IMG/VR virus record: IMGVR_UViG_3300045988_010188
Direction: 5' to 3' (one strand)
Length of the DNA stretch: 43,735 bases
From: a virus
Part shown: positions 15,305 through 22,163 of the stretch, piece after piece
Layout: each line of letters begins with the position of its first letter
How positions within the stretch are numbered: the stretch's first letter is position 1
Translations under genes and position numbers: made by a program
The notes under the pieces: generated by a model
Told to the model about the DNA's origin: nothing
What the model saw: the letters and a program-made list of their open reading frames with translations, nothing else
Databases searched by the model: none

Positions 15305-15897
15305 ATGGAGGAATGGGTGGACATTCCGGGTTATGAGGGGCTGTATCAGATCACCAGAGACGGGAAAATCAGGAACGTAACGAATGGGAATAAACTGCTC
15401 GGCAATGTGAACTCGCACGGGTATGTGGTCGTATCCCTTACGAAGAACGGAAGGAAGAAGGACTGCAAAGTGCATCGACTTTTAGCCTTAACGTTTTGCC
15501 AAATCCGAACGACTATGACTGCATCAACCACAAGAACGGCAACAAACTTGACAACCGCTTGCAAAACTTGGAGTGGTGCACGAAGGGATACAATAACCGG
15601 CACGCGAGGGAAGTTCTTGGCGTGAACGCTGAGGAAAGGCCCGTTTGCCAGTTTACTTTGTCCGGCGACTTTGTGGCACTTTGGGTGAATGAGGCGCAGG
15701 CCGCAAGATGTCTTGGCATCTCCCCCGTCTGCATTGCAAGCTGTTGCGAGGGTCGGGCGAACACCGCCGCCGGATTCCGCTGGGACTATGCGGGAACCGA
15801 CTATAAGCAATTTTGCGAAGACATGAAGCGGCGCGCGACTTTGAAAAAGATTGAGCGCTTGGAGCGGCAAATTTCCGAATTGCGCCAACAACTATGA
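15305..15897 (+). pseudogene. NUMOD4/HNH_3 homing endonuclease, interrupted by a frameshift.
   Basis: MEEWVDIPGYEGLYQITRDGKIRNV...KVHRLLALTF in one frame continues as LPNPNDYDCINHKNGNKLDNRLQNLEW in the -1 frame. The switch occurs at the T4 run at 15494-15497. Confidence 0.65.
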
Positions 15898-15919
15898 AAC
15901 AACTATGTCGCGACTATAA

Positions 15920-15966
15920 CAGGCTCTCCCCGGCGCAGAATCCGGCGGGAGCCTGATGCGTTTTTC
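15920..15966 (+). terminator. Intrinsic terminator after the endonuclease gene.
   Basis: CAGGCTCTCCCCGG...CCGGCGGGAGCCTG hairpin at 15920-15955, followed by TTTTT at 15961-15965. Confidence 0.65.
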
Positions 15967-16180
15967 GTGAAAAATCTGGTGAAAATCTTCTCAAAACCGG
16001 CGAGAAAGAACGAACGTTCGATTTCTGACGGTGCAACGAGGGTAAAACGGGGCACAAAATAACACCCCACAGAACGGTAAATAAAGGCCGCTGCAAGACG
16101 TTTGCAGGCGTGGCAATATAGGGGATAGCGGGCGGGAACAAATGCCGCCAGAGCGGCTTAAAATGGCCTGTATCGGGGCA

Positions 16181-16203
16181 AAAGAAAAGCGCCCTTTTGG
16201 GCG
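16181..16203 (-). terminator. Terminator-like hairpin on the minus strand.
   Basis: The minus strand reads CGCCC-AAAA-GGGCG followed by CTTTTCTTT. It contains the left 14-mer of the island inverted repeat. Confidence 0.4.
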
Positions 16204-16254
16204 TGGTCTGGCAGGCGCTGCGCCGATGATCCGGCGGAGCTGCACCAGGGCAAG

Positions 16255-16279
16255 AGGAAAGCCGCCCGGCGTGGGCGGC
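16255..16279 (-). terminator. Terminator of the minus-strand island operon.
   Basis: GCCGCCC-ACGCC-GGGCGGC hairpin on the minus strand followed by TTTCCTCTT, 11 nt after the stop at 16290. Confidence 0.5.
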
Positions 16280-16289
16280 TCCTGCGGTG

Positions 16290-16493
16290 TTAATATGTCG
16301 GGTTTGGCTTGCTTAGCTCCCACTCTCCAAATTTTGCAGCGTGGGCGGCCTCGTAAGCCGTGAAAAATTCCTGTTCCGTGCATGGGGCAAACTCCATATG
16401 CACGGCCTCGCGGGTCTCGTCGTCCATTAACTCGACGGTGGCGGAAAAGTCGATCTCTGCGCCGCTGCGGTTGGTTACCATAATGCGCTCCAT
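16290..16493 (-). CDS. Small hypothetical protein of a type seen on Firmicutes mobile elements.
   Basis: MERIMVTNRSGAEIDFSATVELMDDETREAVH...CTEQEFFTAYEAAHAAKFGE. The pattern is remembered from ICE/plasmid accessory regions. Confidence 0.6.
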   Translation of the reverse strand: MERIMVTNRSGAEIDFSATVELMDDETREAVHMEFAPCTEQEFFTAYEAAHAAKFGEWELSKPNPTY

Positions 16494-16559
16494 GTTGCGC
16501 TCCTTTCTGGGCCTGCGCCCTGTCCGCTAGATTGATTGTAACATGTTGACGGTTGCCTG

Positions 16560-16628
16560 TCAATTAGACCGCTTGACGATCTCAACAAGAACCATCAGCG
16601 GGAAAGCGAGGATCAAAAGCAGGGTCAT
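16560..16628 (-). CDS. 22-aa hydrophobic peptide.
   Basis: ATGA overlap with the upstream stop. Translation MTLLLILAFPLMVLVEIVKRSN. Confidence 0.3.
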   Translation of the reverse strand: MTLLLILAFPLMVLVEIVKRSN

Positions 16629-16855
16629 GCGCTCACCTCCTCGGCGGGGCGGTGACGCTCCGGAAAATCGCCGATCAAGAAAACGATCCGGCGGGCTTTG
16701 AGGTCGTAGACGATAACGCCACGGTCGGTGCCGTATCCGCTGGCGGAGAAGTAACACCGGGCTTTTGCGTCGCGTATCGCGTCAGCCTTGCGGGAGTACT
16801 CGCGGCGCTCGTCCGCGCCGGTGTCCTCGTTGTATGTGATGATCTGGTAACGCAT
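16625..16855 (-). CDS. Hypothetical protein.
   Basis: TAAGGAGG RBS at 16862-16869 on the minus strand. 76 aa. Confidence 0.55.
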   Translation of the reverse strand: MRYQIITYNEDTGADERREYSRKADAIRDAKARCYFSASGYGTDRGVIVYDLKARRIVFLIGDFPERHRPAEEVSA

Positions 16856-16867
16856 TGTAGCGCCTCC

Positions 16868-17041
16868 TTATAATCCGGCGGCGGATTTCTCCGTCATGTA
16901 TTGCGTGTGCAGCTCTGCCAGTTCTGCCAGCTCTGCGGGTGTGTAGTCCCAGAAATACGGGTTACTGCTGCGGGCCTCTGCGGCCTCGTGGATGTGCTGC
17001 ATCTGGTCGGCAAGGCGGCGCATGTGCGGCGTTAGAAACAT
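16868..17041 (-). CDS. 57-aa hypothetical protein (below the track cutoff).
   Basis: AAGGAGGGG RBS, then ATG 17041. Translation MFLTPHMRRLADQMQHIHEAAEARSSNPYFWDYTPAELAELAELHTQYMTEKSAAGL. Confidence 0.5.
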   Translation of the reverse strand: MFLTPHMRRLADQMQHIHEAAEARSSNPYFWDYTPAELAELAELHTQYMTEKSAAGL

Positions 17042-17053
17042 GTGATCCCCTCC

Positions 17054-17321
17054 TTATGCAAACGTAAACCGGCGAGCGGTTGTTGTCTTGGTGTACTGGG
17101 CGGCGATCTCGGGCAGGTCTCGCTTTAATGCGGTGGTATCCACGCGGGAGCTTGTGACGGCCTTATAAGTGGCCTTGTGTTCGTCGCCTGCCAGGGTATC
17201 AACCCCGGCGGCCTGCATCTGGGTTTTGAGCTGGTTTTTTGAGAGATTCCACCATTGCGGCGGCTTCTTCCTGCATCCGGATATATTGGGCCAGTTCGGA
17301 CATGATCTGGTTAATGTTCAT
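17054..17321 (-). pseudogene. Conserved-looking small gene with a homopolymer frameshift.
   Basis: MNINQIMSELAQYIRMQEEAAAMVESLK stops soon after an A6 run (plus-strand T6 at 17235-17240). With one A fewer the frame stays open for 60 more codons (NQLKTQMQAAGVDTL...TARRFTFA) and ends just before the next RBS. Confidence 0.6.
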
Positions 17322-17953
17322 GCTTCCACCTCCTCAAGAATCACGGTTACATTATCGCGGCTGCCAAAGCTGCGGATATCGTAGGCCAGATATTTATATG
17401 TCCCGGCGTAAAGCCTGAGAAAGAGTGTTCCGAACCGGGATTCTATTTCCATGCGGTTTCTTTTCGCATAGGTTAAAATCAGGGCGGCGGGCGTAAAGTT
17501 CGCGCCATGCTCGACGGTCTCGCGGAAAGAACAAACCCATTTAATACCGTCGTAGTGTTCCGCGCTGATCTCGTTTGCAATGGCGAGAATTTCGGCAGTG
17601 GTGTAACTGGGGTTCTGTTTGTGTATGCGCTGTTCCAAGTTGAGATTGCGCCAAGATTGACCGCTTTTGTCGGTGTATTGCGTGTCGATGTGTAGTCCAA
17701 TGGGGTTGACGATCTCTTGCACGGGGTGTTTCAGCGGTGCCCCGGTGCGCTTGTTGGTATAGCGCGGCTGGCTGCGGTTCTGCCAAAGAGAAAATTCAAG
17801 AAAATAATTCCGGCCGTCCTTGCCGGGGATCGCCTCGCCCATCGTGCATACGCGATAATTACCGACGTCGCTTTCAGCGGTGACCGGAACGCCGCCAGTG
17901 AAATTACAGGCGCGCTTTTCAAGTAACAAATAGTTCTTTCCGTTAATGATCAT
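17318..17953 (-). CDS. 211-aa hypothetical protein, first gene of the minus-strand island operon.
   Basis: AGGAGG RBS, with an ATGA overlap to the next gene. No motif recognised. Confidence 0.65.
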   Translation of the reverse strand: MIINGKNYLLLEKRACNFTGGVPVTAESDVGNYRVCTMGEAIPGKDGRNYFLEFSLWQNRSQPRYTNKRTGAPLKHPVQEIVNPIGLHIDTQYTDKSGQSWRNLNLEQRIHKQNPSYTTAEILAIANEISAEHYDGIKWVCSFRETVEHGANFTPAALILTYAKRNRMEIESRFGTLFLRLYAGTYKYLAYDIRSFGSRDNVTVILEEVEA

Positions 17954-18075
17954 TGTAATTTCCTCCTTGATTTTTTACGGTGGAGGCGGTACAATAATTG
18001 CGCCGCTCTCCTTGGCGGTGCGCTCCGATGCTGTCCAGGCTGGCGGGGCGCTTTTCTTTTTGGTTTACATCTGCT

Positions 18076-18104
18076 ATTATACGCGCATTACATTTACTTG
18101 TCAA
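18076..18104 (-). promoter_or_regulatory. Consensus sigma-70-type promoter for the minus-strand island operon.
   Basis: On the minus strand: TTGACA (18104-18099), a 17-nt spacer, then TATAAT (18081-18076). Confidence 0.7.
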
Positions 18105-18306
18105 GCGTAAACGCATAATTTACCCATGATTTTTTGTAAATGTGGCCATATGGGGCGGCCTAGGCTGTACCGGCAGATGGTGACGGGGGCGGGGGATATG
18201 CGGCAGCGGCAGGCCCGGGGGTTAGTCCCGTAAATCCCCCAAAAAATAAAAAGGCTACCTCCGAAAACCGCGCCAAAAATCAAAAAGACAAATTTGCAAA
18301 AACCTG

Positions 18307-18344
18307 TTGACATTTGCATTTACATGATGTACAATAAATGCAAA
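18307..18344 (+). promoter_or_regulatory. Promoter of the recombinase gene with an overlapping palindromic operator.
   Basis: TTGACA (18307-18312), a 17-nt spacer, then TACAAT (18330-18335). TTTGCATTTA at 18313-18322 and TAAATGCAAA at 18335-18344 form a perfect 10-nt inverted repeat. Confidence 0.7.
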
Positions 18345-18361
18345 CAGGAGAGTGATGTAAC

Positions 18362-19126
18362 ATGTTTGAATACAAAAATGCCATCGGCTATATCAGGGTG
18401 TCCACAGAGCAGCAGGCGGCAGATGACCGGTACGGAGTACAGTCTCAGAAGCAGGCCATTTTGCTGTATGCGAATCAGAACGGATACAACATCGTAGACT
18501 GGAAGATCGACGAAATGAGCGGGGCAAAGGATGATCGTCCCGCACTGAATGAGATCCTTTACGGCGAGAACGTGACGAATCCCCCGTATGAGGCGGTGAT
18601 CGTGTTCAAGAATGACCGACTGGCCAGAGACACGAAACTGTACTTCTACTACCTGTATGTGCTGGATAAGAAGAACATCAAGCTTCTGAGCGTAGAGGAG
18701 CAGTTCAACGAGGGCAGCGAGTTTGCCAACATCTACCGGTCTTTGCTGCAATTTGTGGCGGAGCAGGAGCGGAAGAACATCGCCCTGCGTACTGGACGCG
18801 GCAGAAGCATGAAAGCGTCCTGCGGCGGCTACAGCGGCGGACGGCGGCCTTACGGCTACAAGGTGGTGGATGGTGTGCTGACCATTGACCCGGACGAGGC
18901 GGAGATTGTGAAGTTTATTTTCCAGAAGCACAAGGAGGGCGTGTCCATGCTGGGCACGACGGAGCTTCTGGAACAGGCCGGGTACAAGACGAGGAAAGGA
19001 TCAAGGTTTCAGACATCCACCGTCAAAAGTATTTTGAGCAACAAGCCCTTGTATGAGGGCATGTACAAATACGGCGATATGAACTGGGTGCGCGGCGTTC
19101 ATGAGCCGATTTTGAAGGGGGAATGA
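18362..19126 (+). CDS. Short serine recombinase (resolvase domain plus part of the recombinase domain; no zinc-ribbon or coiled-coil domain).
   Basis: AIGYIRVSTEQQ holds the catalytic Ser region. Also VIVFKNDRLARD and RRPYGYKVVDGVLTIDPDEAEIVKFIF. Only 254 aa. Confidence 0.85.
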   Translation: MFEYKNAIGYIRVSTEQQAADDRYGVQSQKQAILLYANQNGYNIVDWKIDEMSGAKDDRPALNEILYGENVTNPPYEAVIVFKNDRLARDTKLYFYYLYVLDKKNIKLLSVEEQFNEGSEFANIYRSLLQFVAEQERKNIALRTGRGRSMKASCGGYSGGRRPYGYKVVDGVLTIDPDEAEIVKFIFQKHKEGVSMLGTTELLEQAGYKTRKGSRFQTSTVKSILSNKPLYEGMYKYGDMNWVRGVHEPILKGE

Positions 19127-20320
19127 TTGATGATCTCATCCATCTGCGCCAAACTTGTGATGCTGTGCATGGCAGGGCTGATGGGCGGCTTTGTGTGGCT
19201 GCTGGTGTGCATTTTTACAAAGCGAAAGAAAAAGCCGTGCTTCGTGGTGTGCGCTGCGTGCGTCGGCGGGTTCGTGGTGTTTACACTGATTGGTTCGCTG
19301 TCAAGCCCGACCACTACACACAAGCCAAGTTCCGAGGTTGGTAAAACGCAGAGTGAAACGCACCAAGATAGCGAGAAGGAAATGAACACGGGAGACGCCA
19401 ACACAGAAAACATTTCTGATAATTCTGACCTTGTTGTGGAGGGAGAGATGATCAAGTCTTTTTATCGCATTCTGGAAGAGATCGGCATTGACGCCAAAGA
19501 CGCGAAGAAAATCGAAAAGGTGGAGGATTGGGCATCCGGCCCACGGTACAGTTTTCCCACAAACGGGACTACGGCGCGGGTTTATTGCAGCGCAGACGGA
19601 ACGGTGCAGTCGATAAAGGTCGGAATGGATATCGACCTATACAAGAACGGATACGAGCCGTGGAAGATCGAAAACTTCATTGTAGATGATGGAATCAAGG
19701 ATACGCTGATCTTCAAAACAAAGGACGCTGTTTCGATATACCTGAATTATCCAAGCTCTGCCGATTTTCCGCTTATGGACTGGTCTTTTGGGCGGCAGTT
19801 TGACCGATACACGGTAAGAAGCCATGTAGACGCGCCAAATGCGTTTGGTGTATACAGCGAGGTTTCCTTTACCGCCGGTTACCACGTTGAAGACAACACG
19901 GCGGAGTTAATTTATCTGGAGGTGGGCGGAAACGTCGTGCAGAACAACGCAGATAAATACCCGCTTCCTGAAAGAAAAGAAGTTGAGACGGAAGCCGGTG
20001 ACACTACATCTGTCGGCACAGAAATCCGGATCGTTGACGGCGTTGTTGGCGAGTACGGGAAAAAGATGCAGCTGGATAGCTACGAATATATCTGGTACAT
20101 GGTTCCAGCTGGGAAATACAAGGCAACAGGAAACGCGAAGAACAGCATTATTTACATCGACAAAAACAGCGTCAACAAAAACGCGGAAGGGTACGCAGAG
20201 GTACGGAATGTTTCCACCTACATACTGTCCTACGGGGAAAGCGCTGTGATAGAAGTTGGAACGGACGAACACATCTTCAACACATACGGCGCAGATTTTA
20301 CGCTGGTGCCGATGGAATAA
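19127..20320 (+). CDS. Membrane-anchored protein with two N-terminal TM segments and a large extracytoplasmic domain.
   Basis: Hydrophobic N-terminus followed by a Ser/Thr/Glu-rich linker. The DNA is visibly more A/T-rich than the flanking sequence. Start is TTG 19127 or ATG 19130. Confidence 0.7.
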   Translation: MMISSICAKLVMLCMAGLMGGFVWLLVCIFTKRKKKPCFVVCAACVGGFVVFTLIGSLSSPTTTHKPSSEVGKTQSETHQDSEKEMNTGDANTENISDNSDLVVEGEMIKSFYRILEEIGIDAKDAKKIEKVEDWASGPRYSFPTNGTTARVYCSADGTVQSIKVGMDIDLYKNGYEPWKIENFIVDDGIKDTLIFKTKDAVSIYLNYPSSADFPLMDWSFGRQFDRYTVRSHVDAPNAFGVYSEVSFTAGYHVEDNTAELIYLEVGGNVVQNNADKYPLPERKEVETEAGDTTSVGTEIRIVDGVVGEYGKKMQLDSYEYIWYMVPAGKYKATGNAKNSIIYIDKNSVNKNAEGYAEVRNVSTYILSYGESAVIEVGTDEHIFNTYGADFTLVPME

Positions 20321-20355
20321 CATAACAAAATAAGGCTCCCGCGAGGGCAGGAGCA

Positions 20356-20405
20356 ACAGCCAAAGGGGCTATCTGCATGGAAAACATGCGGGTAGCTCCT
20401 TTTTT
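20356..20405 (+). terminator. Intrinsic terminator, copy 1 of a repeated element.
   Basis: ACAGCCAAA, then GGGGCTATCTGCATG-gaaaa-CATGCGGGTAGCTCC, then T6. It overlaps the track start of the terL ORF. Confidence 0.7.
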
Positions 20406-20421
20406 GCATTTGGGGGTAAAA

Positions 20422-22062
20422 ATGGACTACGAAAGACTGGCGAAGTCGATCCGGACGAAAATTGAGAGAGTTCCGGGTGATATCGGGGCGTATAACGACC
20501 TCTTTTCCCTCTGTAGGAGCTGGGAGGACGAGGATCACGCCGCCGCACACGGCGAAAACAAGAAAATCTTGCAGGAGTGCCGGGAGAAGATCAGAACTTG
20601 TCCACAGGCGGCGGACAAGTTTTATGAGCAGTGGCGAAAGTGCCTTTTGTTCGAGGCTCCCTACGATTTTGACAGCTATCTGACGTATGTGGAGCTGAAC
20701 CGTGAAGCGAAAAAGCGGTTTTATCCTCCCCGGAAAAAGATGCTTGGGCGCGTGGTAAAGGATTTGCAGGCGCTGGCGGATGATAAGCTTGACCTTCTGG
20801 CTATCAGCTTGCCCCCCGGCGTGGGAAAGACCACATTAGCCATCTTCTATCTCACATGGCTGGGCGGAAAATATCCCAACGACCCTATGCTGACGGGCAG
20901 CCACTCCAATTCTTTCGTGCGGGGTGTATACGATGAATGTTTACGCATTTTCGACGCAAACGGGGAATATCTGTGGCGCGATGTGTTTCCGGGCATCAAC
21001 GTGAGCAACACCAATGCAAAGGACTGCCGCATTGATCTGGACAAGTGCCAGCGATTTGAAACGCTGGAATTTACGTCTATCGGAACGGGCAACGCCGGTC
21101 TGTACCGTGCGGCGACGCTGCTCTACTGCGACGACCTGGTCTCCGGTATCGAAGTGGCTTTGTCAAAAGAACGATTGGACAAGCTGTGGGAAACGTACAC
21201 CACCGACCTGCGGCAGAGAAAGATCGGCGACCGCTGCAAGGAGCTGCACATCGCCACCAGATGGTCGGTACATGACGTGATCGGACGGTTGGAGCGGGAA
21301 TACGAGAAGAACGACCGGGCGAAATTCATCGCCATCCCTGCAATGGACGAAAACGACGAATCCAACTTCGATTACGCCTACGGGGTGGGGTTTTCCACAA
21401 AGTTCTACAAGGAACAGCGGGATATTATGGATTCCGTCAGTTGGAGGGCGCTCTATATGAATCAGCCCATCGAAAGAGAGGGCCTACTTTACCATCCGGA
21501 TGAGCTGAGACGGTATTTTACGCTGCCGGACAAGGAGCCGGACGCAATTATCGGCATTTGCGACACGAAAGACAAAGGCACGGACTACGCCTTTCTCCCT
21601 GTGGCCCATGTATACGGGCAGGATTACTACATCGACGATTGCGTGTGCGACAACGGACTGCCCGATGTGGTGGATGTGCGGCTTGCCGACATTCTGGTGC
21701 GGGACAAGGTGAACGCCTGCCGGTTTGAATCCAACTCCGCAGGCGGCAGAGTGGCGGAAAAGGTACAAGGAATGGTGAAAGACCGGAACGGGATCACCCA
21801 CATTACCACGAAATTTACCACGGCGAATAAGGAGACGAAGATCATCGTCAATTCGGCGTATGTGAAGGAGCATTTTCTATTCAAGGACGAGACACTGTAT
21901 AAGCGAAATTCCGATTACGGCAGAATGATGGACATGCTCTGCTCTTACACGGTGGCGGGAAAGAACAAGCACGACGACGTTCCCGACGGCATGGCGATGC
22001 TGGCGGAGTTCTCGCAGGCGCTGAACGGCGCAAAAGTGGAGATTTTCAAGCGTCCCTACTGA
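20422..22062 (+). CDS. terL: Terminase large subunit.
   Basis: Walker A PPGVGKTT and a nuclease-region pattern. The start is moved to ATG 20422 (MDYERL) because the terminator occupies 20365-20405. Confidence 0.85.
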   Translation: MDYERLAKSIRTKIERVPGDIGAYNDLFSLCRSWEDEDHAAAHGENKKILQECREKIRTCPQAADKFYEQWRKCLLFEAPYDFDSYLTYVELNREAKKRFYPPRKKMLGRVVKDLQALADDKLDLLAISLPPGVGKTTLAIFYLTWLGGKYPNDPMLTGSHSNSFVRGVYDECLRIFDANGEYLWRDVFPGINVSNTNAKDCRIDLDKCQRFETLEFTSIGTGNAGLYRAATLLYCDDLVSGIEVALSKERLDKLWETYTTDLRQRKIGDRCKELHIATRWSVHDVIGRLEREYEKNDRAKFIAIPAMDENDESNFDYAYGVGFSTKFYKEQRDIMDSVSWRALYMNQPIEREGLLYHPDELRRYFTLPDKEPDAIIGICDTKDKGTDYAFLPVAHVYGQDYYIDDCVCDNGLPDVVDVRLADILVRDKVNACRFESNSAGGRVAEKVQGMVKDRNGITHITTKFTTANKETKIIVNSAYVKEHFLFKDETLYKRNSDYGRMMDMLCSYTVAGKNKHDDVPDGMAMLAEFSQALNGAKVEIFKRPY

Positions 22063-22113
22063 AAAAGTTGCAAATATTCTAATTAAACGCGCATATACAT
22101 CTTTTATCCGCTT

Positions 22114-22132
22114 AAAAAGTGTGGTACAATAG
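22114..22132 (+). promoter_or_regulatory. Extended -10 promoter, copy 2 of the shared 19-nt block.
   Basis: AAAAAGTGTGGTACAATAG with TGgTACAAT at 22122-22130. Confidence 0.6.
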
Positions 22133-22163
22133 AGGGGAAGTAATAGGTGGAAAGGAGCAAGGC

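Noticed and set aside
15491-15499. Programmed -1 frameshift to join the two halves of the homing endonuclease.
   Set aside because: ACG TTT TGC is not an X XXY YYZ slippery heptamer, and no downstream structure was seen. A mutation or a homopolymer miscall is the simpler explanation.
17988-17996. Third copy of the GGTACAATA late-promoter core in the island divergent region.
   Set aside because: It lacks the TG of the extended -10 and the upstream AAAAAGT block. Only the -10-like hexamer is shared.
20377-20421. Track start (ATG 20377) for terL.
   Set aside because: The first 15 codons coincide with a 15-bp-stem terminator plus T6. ATG 20422 has a G-rich RBS and begins a sensible N-terminus.
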